Shown here piece after piece: positions 20,006-28,290 of a DNA stretch of 64,000 nt. How positions within the stretch are numbered: position 1 is the stretch's first letter; each line of letters begins with the position of its first letter. The DNA comes from Bacillota bacterium (GTDB lineage: Bacteria > Bacillota > Clostridia > Christensenellales > CAG-138). The notes under the pieces are model-generated. The model saw only the letters and a list, made by a program, of their open reading frames with translations. It ran no database searches and was not told the DNA's origin. Made by a program: the position numbers and the translations under genes. Where the stretch lies: the NCBI GenBank assembly GCA_023459335.1, contig JAEWUO010000012.1:106-64105 (forward strand), given 5' to 3'.

Positions 20006-20221
20006 TTAATGTCCCCCTCCATTATGCATGGAATTAATTCGACACTCACTCTCTATACTTTCAACACGAGAATTTAAAGTGCAAATCTTTTCTTCAATTG
20101 ATTTATTCTTTTGAATAATTAATTCTAACTCCATTTTTGAAACTGAATTTTTTTCAAGTTTATCTAAACTTTTAGACATCGCCTGTAGATTAGATAACAA
20201 TTCTTGATCTTTCTTACCTTC
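20006..20221 (-). CDS. small lysis-cassette protein, predicted exon 2 (coiled-coil tail)
   Basis: Open frame EGKKDQELLSNLQ...NGGGH begins directly after the predicted 3' splice site. Its stop lies 1 nt before the amidase ATG. Confidence 0.45.
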   Translation of the reverse strand, partial: EGKKDQELLSNLQAMSKSLDKLEKNSVSKMELELIIQKNKSIEEKICTLNSRVESIESECRINSMHNGGGH

Positions 20222-20285
20222 CTGTTATGTTATTCAATTATTCGTTAGATAATTAAAGAACTGCTTATTTAATAAGCTATAAAGG

Positions 20286-21368
20286 TTAACAGAATCCTCT
20301 TGAGACTATATTGCGAGCCGCATTAATGTCTCGATCTAATTCCAAACTACAACTACACTTGTAAACTCTATCTTTTAATGTCAATTCAAGGTTTCTCTTT
20401 CCACATCTTGAACAATCCATTGAAGTATATGCTGGATTAACTTTAATGAAAATTCTTCCAAATTTCTTACATTTCCACTCTAAGGCTATTATAAACATAC
20501 CTAGTGGAGCAATAATTCTTAATCTTCGACGATTTTTATTTGACATTAAAATTTTACCATTTGTTAAATCTTCAATAGCAATATTATTTTCTATTGCTAA
20601 TTGAGTAGTTGTTTGTTCTATAAAATCTTTCTTTAAATTTTCTAATCTAAAATAAGCTTTGTCAAGTTTTTCTTTCAATTTCTGATAATTGTTTGAACCT
20701 TTGGTTTTCTTGCTTAATTTAGACTTTAAAGAATTAATTCTATAAAATTGTCTAAGAACAGTTCTTGGATAGTTTATTTTAATTCCATTTGATGTCGTCA
20801 TGAAATCTTTTATTCCCCAATCAAGACCTAATTGATTTTCTGTTTTTTCTAATGGTTCAATATTTACTTCACAAGAACCGCTAATATACCATTTTCCATA
20901 GGAGCAAGTATATCTTGGCTCTGTTATTGTTTTAATATTGTATTTGTTTAGAAATGTCATATCAATTGGACACTTTCTTCCTTTTTTAACACCAGAAAGA
21001 TTAATTGTATTGTCATCATTTATTTTAATTGTTTGACTAGCAATACAGAATGATTGTTTATTTGGATTATATTTGTGAAATTTTGGCGGTCTCCCGTTCT
21101 TGTTGTAAACTCTTTTCCAAGTTTGAGAATATTTCTTTGCAATATCATTATATATTCTTTTTGGAATATCTTCTCTAATGAATTCCTTCATTAAATCTTG
21201 AGGAGAAGAACCTTTGATGCTATATGTTCCACATATAATTTTTTCTCCAGAGTTTTTATATTTTTCAACAACATAATTCCACATTTCATGAGAACACTTA
21301 CAGAAGTAAAATAATTTTTCTTCTTGTTCTTTGTTTGGATAGATTCTGACTTTGAATCCTATTTTCAT
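20286..21368 (-). CDS. tnpB: TnpB (IS200/IS605-family OrfB, RuvC-like RNA-guided nuclease)
   Basis: LGLDWGIKDF, IAIEDLT and DRDINAARNI form the RuvC triad. Zn ribbon CSRCGKR...YKCSC. NPAYTS motif present. Confidence 0.85.
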   Translation of the reverse strand: MKIGFKVRIYPNKEQEEKLFYFCKCSHEMWNYVVEKYKNSGEKIICGTYSIKGSSPQDLMKEFIREDIPKRIYNDIAKKYSQTWKRVYNKNGRPPKFHKYNPNKQSFCIASQTIKINDDNTINLSGVKKGRKCPIDMTFLNKYNIKTITEPRYTCSYGKWYISGSCEVNIEPLEKTENQLGLDWGIKDFMTTSNGIKINYPRTVLRQFYRINSLKSKLSKKTKGSNNYQKLKEKLDKAYFRLENLKKDFIEQTTTQLAIENNIAIEDLTNGKILMSNKNRRRLRIIAPLGMFIIALEWKCKKFGRIFIKVNPAYTSMDCSRCGKRNLELTLKDRVYKCSCSLELDRDINAARNIVSRGFC

Positions 21369-21390
21369 TTATATCACCTCCTTTTAATTA

Positions 21391-21419
21391 ATTATACCAC
21401 AAAATTAATTAAAAGTCAA
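21391..21419 (-). promoter_or_regulatory. phage consensus promoter driving tnpB (inside the intron)
   Basis: TTGACT-17-TATAAT with extended TGTGG, followed by the RBS AAAGGAGGTG. Confidence 0.65.
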
Positions 21420-21779
21420 TAGGTGAATGTTCTCTTAACCTCTCGGCTAAGCACAGGTCATATCACAATCTTTCTTTTAGTAATTAAAAGTTAAGATTCC
21501 CTCCGCTACCTAGACTACTAGGATACATGACCGTCGAACTTTACTCATATTACCTAAGATAACTTAGAGTCTTAGCTGCTGATTATCTCTACCTAATAAT
21601 TTTTAAACATTCACACTTGAAATTTCTTTCTATGTTGTAGTTTATTAGTCTAATAAGATTTTCCAGCAATTCAAAGGGTTTTCGACATACATTTCTGTAT
21701 GAAGTGACTATTTCCTTAATTATATTAAAATATATTAATGCAGTCTATAGCGAAACGCATATATGATAATTAAGTTCTA

Positions 21780-21887
21780 ATCATAAGATTTTTTGCCAAG
21801 TGCATTTTTGACATTGAATATTGTAACCAGCATACCTATTAAAGTTGCTGATGTAGAAATTATTAAAGTTAGTAAATTAGTAGACAT
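21780..21887 (-). CDS. small lysis-cassette protein, predicted exon 1 (single TM helix)
   Basis: MSTNLLTLIISTSATLIGMLVTIFNVKNALGKKSYD with GGAGG upstream. The start codon choice is uncertain because an overlapping 5-codon ORF uses the better-spaced ATG. Confidence 0.4.
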
Positions 21888-21984
21888 TAGACATTTTAAC
21901 CTCCAATTTTCTTTTTTATATTGGATAAAGTTTCTTTAAGTTTTATTTGTGCTAATTTTAGTTTAGCAAGAAAATCATTCATTA

Positions 21985-22263
21985 TCAATCACTCTCCCCT
22001 TCCTTATCGTCTACAGCAGTAGTTGTTTTTATTGTTGGATTATCTATAACTATTGTATCCGTTTTATAAAAAATAAAGAATAGTAGAAAAATTACAATAA
22101 TTGTTATACAAATCGTTCTACACATTGTTATTTTGAATTTTTCCACACTCCTTGTATTTTTTTCACTTAAATTGTCTTTAGTAATTTCAATTAAAGTATT
22201 ATTGATTTTACATAAAGTTTCCAATGTTTCTTGGGCTAATTGGAGTTCTTTTTCAGTTGCCAT
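21985..22263 (-). CDS. small membrane protein
   Basis: TM segment ICITIIVIFLLFFIFY. Lies within the lysis cassette. Confidence 0.5.
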   Translation of the reverse strand: MATEKELQLAQETLETLCKINNTLIEITKDNLSEKNTRSVEKFKITMCRTICITIIVIFLLFFIFYKTDTIVIDNPTIKTTTAVDDKEGESD

Positions 22264-22333
22264 AAACTCACCCCCCTCTTTAAATAATGTAATTATTTGG
22301 ATAGAGGTTTGTTTATTTTTTGTCTAAGTTTAT

Positions 22334-22687
22334 TTAGTCTTCTTTATCTAGATTTTTAGTATTTTTTAGTACAATGTCTTTTAATTTTCCCAATGCTTGG
22401 GTTGCATAAAAAATACTAGTTGTACCAAACAATCCAGCAATAACCTTATTTGTTATTTCAATTTCTATATTTAAGTCTAATCTTTCTAATATTATTGGGA
22501 ATAAATAAGATGCAACCGACAGACAAGTTAACCCAACAATAAAAGAAATTAGCTTTAGTACTGTGTTTTTTAGTTTTGTCTTACTGATTTTTTCATATAA
22601 TACTTTAGTATTATAATATAATCCAAATGAAAAGTTTGAAATATAGCACAAAACAAATATAACGATTGATATCAATAAAATATACAT
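22334..22687 (-). CDS. holin-like protein (3 predicted TM segments)
   Basis: Three hydrophobic helices and a charged C-terminus (KNTKNLDKED). Lies between the tail fibre and endolysin genes. Confidence 0.6.
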   Translation of the reverse strand: MYILLISIVIFVLCYISNFSFGLYYNTKVLYEKISKTKLKNTVLKLISFIVGLTCLSVASYLFPIILERLDLNIEIEITNKVIAGLFGTTSIFYATQALGKLKDIVLKNTKNLDKED

Positions 22688-22699
22688 TGTATCACCTAC

Positions 22700-25234
22700 T
22701 TAAGTTATATCTTTAGTTAAATCTACAAATTGTTTTTTGTAGATTGTTGTTGGCTGACTAGTAGACTGTGTCCAAATTGTATTGTTTTTATCGCCAACTA
22801 TATATCCGCTTGTTGTCGTAGTCTCGTAAAAATCCCACATTTTTATATAGTTCAAATCTAAATCATACAACATTATTTTTGATGTATTGGTTTGTAATAA
22901 TATGTAATTATCGTCGATTAACACAATGTTGCGGATAATCGCTGCCTCAGAAATTTGTGTTTCTGCTGCTATTGTGTTTGTTGATATTTGGTATTTCACC
23001 AAAACTCCGCCATCATTGCCAACATATAGATAGTCATCTTTATAAAATCCATTTCTAAAAAGGTTAGCGGATAATGTTGTTTGTGGAAATGTTTGTATAA
23101 TGTTCAAATCCCAATCTAAAAACTCTACTCGTCGATATTTGATATCACTACTTAACATAGTGTTGATACCAGCAACAAAAAAACCGTTTTCGTGCTCTAT
23201 TATATTTAATGGGGTATTCCAAACAATTTCGGAAACAGAAGAAAAATCTTCTTTTTTGATTTTTCGTATTTTGTGAAATTCTCCTACCGTCTGCATAATC
23301 TGGATACACGCTAAATATAGATATTCTCCGTTTTCTGTTATCCCAAAGATATTGGAAGAGTTTGTAGTGGATGCTCCACTTACCCCCGTGTATAAAATGG
23401 GGCTTTCTGACACCAAATCTAGAGTACATCTATCGTATTTACGTACGTATACATCTCTATATTTTTTATCAGTTATTGTTTCCACACATTTTGTAATATA
23501 TATATGATTATTGTCAAAACATATACCTACAGTTGAAACATTTGCACCATCATTTATGGTTTTTAAAAGAGCATTAGTTTGATAATCTCTAACTTCTATC
23601 GTTCCAGCACTTGTAGTGTTTGGTAATACAAATAATTTACCATCGATTATTACCATTTTATAGATAGATATAGTATCTGTAATTGTTGATAAATCTTTAA
23701 TCAGATAAGGTCCTTCACCTTGTTCATACGTTATACTGCTAGGCACCATAGAGGGTATATTATTATATAAAGAATTCGTTAGGGTTACGCCAGACTTAAT
23801 CACTATCTCTATTTTGTAATATAGATAATCGTCATTAGCAGCTATAAATACTTTAAAATCGCCAGCTTCTTTTTCAATAATTTTGTTTAGACCACTACCG
23901 TCTGGATTTTGGTATTGGGTTAGTCTTATAAATACAGTCGATAAACTGTCTGTTGACTTTACGCCATTTAATATATATGACTTGTTCGGTGTTAGTTTAT
24001 TATTTGCACCAGGTACAGCTAACACAAACTCACTATCAGCCGTTGTTGTACCTGTAAATGATAATTGTCTTAAATAACCATTTTCCAACGTGTTACAAGT
24101 CATACTCATACCATTTAGTGTGTAAACGGTGTCTACCCATGTTCCTGACGTATTTAAACTGATTAAGTCTGTCGTTTTTATAACTGTTGTTGATGTACTG
24201 TTTTGTAAATTGTCTATTATCTGATATTTTGCAATAGTACCATCATCCATTGCATTACGATATAATATTTGATTACTCTCATCAACCTCTAAGACAAAGT
24301 TTATGGACTTTGTTGTTTGTAACTTAGCTAACAAATTCCCAGTTTCGGACACTCTATATATAGTACCAAAATAATCACCGACCCAAAAATTATTTAAAGC
24401 TTTTTTAAAAGTATAAATTGCAATATTAGTACCAGTTGTAAAAAAATCGCTTACATAGCTCAAATCAGCTAACGACCATTTTTTTACAACGCCTCCAGTA
24501 GATACTGTATATAAATAATCACCATCTATCAGTAATCTTGTCGACTCTATGTTGTTGTTTGCTGTTGCTACAACCGTGCTTATATCAGTCGTGGATACTT
24601 TTATAATATTGCCTAAATTTGGGGAATTACCTAAGCCCGTGATATATATATATCCGTCTTGACACAACAAATGAGATGGTTGGTTATAAACCGATGGCCC
24701 CGTTGCCTGTTTTGTTATTGTCTCTTTGTCTATCTTATATATTTTCCCTGCTATGTCAACTGTATACAGGTAATCATCATCCATGCACATTCCTCGTGTG
24801 CCGCCTATTGTCAATTGTTTAGATATTAAGACCTCCCCTGTTTCCAGTAACCCTTTAACTACCCATCCACCACTCGTTGACGTTAAATAATAATGCGTAT
24901 CATCGCTTATTATTATTTGTATATTCGCAGAGCCAACATACAAAAACACCTGCTTGACAATTTCCATGGTATTTATGTCAATGATTACTAAACCACAACC
25001 AGTGTTATGTACACCACCCACGTACAACCAATTTTTGTACAGTAAAGTAGGTCTCGTTGACGATATTGGCAGTGTGCCAGTTTCACCTACTTTTTTAAAT
25101 GTATATCTACTATCTGTTATTTTGTCAACTATTGTAGATAGTCTACTATCACTGGGTATAATATTTAAATTATCCTCAAGAGCTTTTCTAATCTTATTTA
25201 AATTAGCTGGCTTGTTTTCAAAAATTACTGCCAT
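22700..25234 (-). CDS. tail fibre / receptor-binding protein with beta-propeller-like repeats
   Basis: Recurrent (D/G)DYLY(T)V and GxIYK repeat units. 844 aa, adjacent to the tail fibre gene. Confidence 0.55.
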   Translation of the reverse strand: MAVIFENKPANLNKIRKALEDNLNIIPSDSRLSTIVDKITDSRYTFKKVGETGTLPISSTRPTLLYKNWLYVGGVHNTGCGLVIIDINTMEIVKQVFLYVGSANIQIIISDDTHYYLTSTSGGWVVKGLLETGEVLISKQLTIGGTRGMCMDDDYLYTVDIAGKIYKIDKETITKQATGPSVYNQPSHLLCQDGYIYITGLGNSPNLGNIIKVSTTDISTVVATANNNIESTRLLIDGDYLYTVSTGGVVKKWSLADLSYVSDFFTTGTNIAIYTFKKALNNFWVGDYFGTIYRVSETGNLLAKLQTTKSINFVLEVDESNQILYRNAMDDGTIAKYQIIDNLQNSTSTTVIKTTDLISLNTSGTWVDTVYTLNGMSMTCNTLENGYLRQLSFTGTTTADSEFVLAVPGANNKLTPNKSYILNGVKSTDSLSTVFIRLTQYQNPDGSGLNKIIEKEAGDFKVFIAANDDYLYYKIEIVIKSGVTLTNSLYNNIPSMVPSSITYEQGEGPYLIKDLSTITDTISIYKMVIIDGKLFVLPNTTSAGTIEVRDYQTNALLKTINDGANVSTVGICFDNNHIYITKCVETITDKKYRDVYVRKYDRCTLDLVSESPILYTGVSGASTTNSSNIFGITENGEYLYLACIQIMQTVGEFHKIRKIKKEDFSSVSEIVWNTPLNIIEHENGFFVAGINTMLSSDIKYRRVEFLDWDLNIIQTFPQTTLSANLFRNGFYKDDYLYVGNDGGVLVKYQISTNTIAAETQISEAAIIRNIVLIDDNYILLQTNTSKIMLYDLDLNYIKMWDFYETTTTSGYIVGDKNNTIWTQSTSQPTTIYKKQFVDLTKDIT

Positions 25235-26415
25235 TTTTTCACCACCTCCAAAGTTATGTTTAAATTAACCGTAGGTTTATATTCAAAACACGTTATTTTC
25301 AACACGTTTGTAGCCGATATTTCACCCTTACTAAAGTAAGAGTATGCTTCTTGTTCTTGCCTAGCAATGTTTATATCACTAGATAATACAAGAGATACTT
25401 TTATATCGTGAGTTATGTTTGTTATTTGTTCTCCTTCTATTACCACAGGTATGGTATCCTCATATGGTCCCGTACCAGTCCAGTCGGTGGATAATATAAC
25501 CGCTGGTAATTCACCTATTATAGACTTTGATGTATTATTTAAAAGAGTTCTTTGTATATCATTAACAAATCTTTTATTTTCACTATCTGTTATATTAGCG
25601 GTTGTTGTTGTGTCAACATTAACCACATTACTCAAGCCTACTTGCGATTTAGTGACACCATGTGGATTGCTAGTGTTACTTGTATGTGTTGTCAAATCTA
25701 AGTTATCAGCCTTAAGATTTAAAGCTGTTTGTGTTAAAGTTGAAATAGGTTTGTTTAAGTCACTGGTGTTATCTACATTACTCAAGCCCACATCAGCTTT
25801 ATCAATAACAACAATCCCAGTTTTGCCATTAACTGAAACAACATCATCACTATTATCGGACTTTTCCGCCACGCCATCGGCATCATATATTAACCAATCT
25901 CCAGCTTTCCAAGTAATTCCAAACTGTGTGCCATCATGAGATACAACATACACATGACTTACTTTAGTTAAGTCTGTAGCGGTTAAGCTGGGTGTATTTG
26001 TTTCGGCATTCCAAGTACCAATATATTTTAATAAAGTCGAGGGTAGATTTTGTAGCGGAACTTTACCACCACTATCTAAGCCGCAGTATCCATTATTAAC
26101 ATCTTTATTTAAGGTATTTTCTGGCGTATACCCTATTTTACTAATAATGGTTGTGTTTGTCTCATCTCCTGTATTAGTTCCAGATGTATTGGATAAGGTC
26201 GTTAAGTTTGTGTCAGTTACAAACCTTTTATTTTCGCTGTCAACAATATTTGATGTAGTTGTTGTGTCTACATTTACAACATCGCTTAAACCTACTTGGG
26301 CTTTAGTTACAGAATGCGGATTGTCGACTCTAAGTGTATGTGAACTTATTGCGGCTCTTGCTATTCCATCAATAGTACCACCGCCGCCAGAGCCGCCAAA
26401 TATATCATATGCCAT
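25225..26415 (-). CDS. tail fibre protein with phage tail-fibre repeats
   Basis: Duplicated NPH(S/G)VTK(A/S)QVGLS(D/N)VVNVDTTTT..I.DSENKRFV block plus DKADVGLSNVDNTSD. Gly-rich N-terminus. Confidence 0.7.
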   Translation of the reverse strand: MAYDIFGGSGGGGTIDGIARAAISSHTLRVDNPHSVTKAQVGLSDVVNVDTTTTSNIVDSENKRFVTDTNLTTLSNTSGTNTGDETNTTIISKIGYTPENTLNKDVNNGYCGLDSGGKVPLQNLPSTLLKYIGTWNAETNTPSLTATDLTKVSHVYVVSHDGTQFGITWKAGDWLIYDADGVAEKSDNSDDVVSVNGKTGIVVIDKADVGLSNVDNTSDLNKPISTLTQTALNLKADNLDLTTHTSNTSNPHGVTKSQVGLSNVVNVDTTTTANITDSENKRFVNDIQRTLLNNTSKSIIGELPAVILSTDWTGTGPYEDTIPVVIEGEQITNITHDIKVSLVLSSDINIARQEQEAYSYFSKGEISATNVLKITCFEYKPTVNLNITLEVVKKWQ

Positions 26416-26428
26416 TTTATATCACCTC

Positions 26429-26713
26429 CTAGATAATATAATAAATATTTTGTGATGAAATTCCATTGGGAAAATATAAGCTATATATTTTTAGATAAAA
26501 ATCTCCTTCAAATGGCGTTACGAATCGTCCACTTTGTGGTATCTCTATTAACTCCCCGTTTATTTTCATCTCTGTTCCCGCAGTCGCTTCTATAGCTAGA
26601 TATTTTAAATAGAATGGATTATTTCTATTTTTTTCTCTAGCTTTAAAAACATCAACCAGATTGGTTGTTCCATTAGCTGTAACATTTTTGCCATTCTCAA
26701 TTCCATTATACAA
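26429..26713 (-). CDS. hypothetical protein
   Basis: 94-aa ORF translationally coupled to its neighbours. Confidence 0.45.
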   Translation of the reverse strand: MYNGIENGKNVTANGTTNLVDVFKAREKNRNNPFYLKYLAIEATAGTEMKINGELIEIPQSGRFVTPFEGDFYLKIYSLYFPNGISSQNIYYII

Positions 26714-26951
26714 CCTCCTCTTCTTTTAGAATAGATATTATTATATCAATATTATCTATATTCGATACTATGGAAACTTTGTCATTGTACTTTAAATCTA
26801 AGGACAAAGTTCCTACTAATGATTGTAAATTAGCCTTCCTATCGTCTTTTATTAAATAATAGGAATATTTTAATTCTCTTATCTTTTCTACTATTTGAGC
26901 CGCGGCTCTACCTTTTAAATCTTTTCTTAGAATTATTTCTTTTTTAAACAT
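26706..26951 (-). CDS. HPr/Crh-like phosphocarrier-fold protein (His15 replaced by Lys, Ser46 region retained)
   Basis: Aligns by eye with B. subtilis HPr: DLKGRAAAQIV against GIHARPATVLV, and ANLQSLVGTLSLD against VNLKSIMGVMSLG. Confidence 0.55.
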   Translation of the reverse strand: MFKKEIILRKDLKGRAAAQIVEKIRELKYSYYLIKDDRKANLQSLVGTLSLDLKYNDKVSIVSNIDNIDIIISILKEEEVV

Positions 26952-27012
26952 TCTATTTTCTCCTCTCTTTTAATGAATTTAAGTTTGAAGGACTTTTTCA
27001 TTCATTAATATA

Positions 27013-27041
27013 ATTATATCATATAATCGAAGTAAAGTCAA
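27013..27041 (-). promoter_or_regulatory. phage consensus promoter for the leftward late operon
   Basis: TTGACT-17-TATAAT on the minus strand. Confidence 0.7.
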
Positions 27042-27078
27042 TATAATTAATTTAACCTAGAATACGAATTGCTACATA

Positions 27079-27107
27079 TTGACTTTTTTAATATTATAGT
27101 ACATAAT
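27079..27107 (+). promoter_or_regulatory. candidate promoter (TTGACT-17-CATAAT)
   Basis: Sequence match only. No ORF follows for about 400 nt. Confidence 0.4.
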
Positions 27108-27226
27108 AATATTATTGTTTTAATAATTTGGCTACCACAATCTATTTCTAACGAAATAGGTAAATCCTTACTCGCTACGCTCGAAAAGATTTACAATAAG
27201 TTGTTAATATTAAATAGTTGTTAATA

Positions 27227-27255
27227 TTGACTATAGTTTCTATGTTTGATATAAT
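27227..27255 (+). promoter_or_regulatory. phage consensus promoter
   Basis: TTGACT (27227-32), 17-bp spacer, TATAAT (27250-55). Confidence 0.65.
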
Positions 27256-27278
27256 TATATTATGGGGTTGGGGCGATA

Positions 27279-27345
27279 AATAAGTCTTTAATAAGTCTTT
27301 AATATTACTTTAATATTACTTTAATATTTCTTTAATATTTAAATT
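27279..27345. repeat. Six phased 11-bp repeats (ATAAGTCTTTA x2, ATATTACTTTA x2, ATATTTCTTTA, a degenerate sixth)
   Basis: Direct reading. Located in the divergent intergenic region. Confidence 0.8.
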
Positions 27346-27410
27346 TATTAACTATTTATATAATATAATATAAAGTAACTTATATTATATTACTCCGCAA
27401 CTTAATTATA

Positions 27411-27439
27411 TTGACTTATTTCATTAAGTGTGATATAAT
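27411..27439 (+). promoter_or_regulatory. phage consensus promoter
   Basis: TTGACT-17-TATAAT followed by TATATTATAG. Confidence 0.7.
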
Positions 27440-27500
27440 TATATTATAGTTTGAAGGACTAGCATACGTACATACTTATATATAAGAAAGGGAGAAAACA

Positions 27501-28181
27501 ATGAATTATTATTCTACAACATTTCTTACAAAAGAAAATCTTCATATATTATTAAAATCTTTATATGAAATAAAATTAACTACTATTTCTAATTTCATAA
27601 AAAAAGGAGGTATAAAAACCTTTTATTTTTATAAAACCAAAAGTATAGAATATTATTTAATAAAGAGATTACTTTATGAAGTAAAGAGCTTGTATCCAGA
27701 AATACAAGTAGTAGAAATCACAACAAGAGCATTTATTAAAAACAAAAAAAGTTCAATACTAATAAAAGAACTTTCCTCTACAATAAATGTAAAAAAGAGT
27801 ACCTTTATTGATAGAAAAAAAATCTATAAAGAAAATATCCTTTTTGAAGATGTAAATATTAAAACAATTAAAGAGCTATTTTCTTGGGTAGCAGATTTAA
27901 ACAAAGTTAACAAAAAGAAATATAAAACAGATAAATTAGATCTACTTTATTCCGAAAGAGAGCACTCAAAATTTACAAATCAAAATATTGATAAAGAAAA
28001 ATTAGTTGTACCGAAGGAAGAAAAAGAATTTGAAGAATTTTTTAATAAATTGTTTTATTTAGCTGAAAATGGACAATCTTTTAAATTAGACATCTCTCAA
28101 ATTACTATGCAAGACTATATTGAATTTAAAAATAAATATTTGTCGGCTTTTATTTATATTAATGCTGACTATATATTATAG
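27501..28181 (+). CDS. hypothetical protein
   Basis: 226-aa ORF with the RBS AAAGGGAGAA. First gene of the rightward arm. Confidence 0.5.
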   Translation: MNYYSTTFLTKENLHILLKSLYEIKLTTISNFIKKGGIKTFYFYKTKSIEYYLIKRLLYEVKSLYPEIQVVEITTRAFIKNKKSSILIKELSSTINVKKSTFIDRKKIYKENILFEDVNIKTIKELFSWVADLNKVNKKKYKTDKLDLLYSEREHSKFTNQNIDKEKLVVPKEEKEFEEFFNKLFYLAENGQSFKLDISQITMQDYIEFKNKYLSAFIYINADYIL

Positions 28182-28190
28182 GAGGGACTA

Positions 28191-28289
28191 ATGTTACCCA
28201 TAGTACAAATAATTGTTTCTAGTTGTATTTTAGTAGTAAATATAATGCAACTTATAGTTCAAATAAAAAGTAAAAAAGGGGGAAAATAA
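28191..28289 (+). CDS. small hydrophobic peptide (32 aa)
   Basis: MLPIVQIIVSSCILVVNIMQLIVQIKSKKGGK, behind the RBS GGAGGG. Confidence 0.4.
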   Translation: MLPIVQIIVSSCILVVNIMQLIVQIKSKKGGK

Positions 28290-28290
28290 A

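Larger units (their letters stand above)
20222..21779 (-). mobile_element. IStron-type element: group I ribozyme 5' module plus tnpB plus a short 3' tail
   Basis: About 105 nt (21585-21690, minus strand) are about 80% identical to the gyrB-like intron at 39880-39975. Both introns start TAGA after an exon-terminal T and both are followed by exon sequence GAAGG. The predicted junctions join the flanking ORFs in frame. Confidence 0.6.

Noticed and set aside
20006-20200. The 64-aa ORF as an independent gene, and the track start (MSVELIPC..., 20049) for the endolysin.
   Set aside because: The 64-aa ORF has no RBS, and its frame is open upstream exactly to the predicted 3' splice site. The endolysin has a much better start at ATG 20004 behind GGAGGGGGA.
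20286-21368. A complete IS200/IS605 insertion sequence (tnpA plus tnpB with terminal hairpins).
   Set aside because: No Y1 transposase (tnpA) ORF is present. The flanking non-coding RNA is homologous to a group I intron, so the IStron interpretation is preferred.
27123-27136. A 14-nt match to the start of nrdD intron 3 as evidence for another intron or intron relic.
   Set aside because: Only 14 nt are shared. There is no interrupted gene and no further intron boxes. It is mentioned only within the control-region finding.
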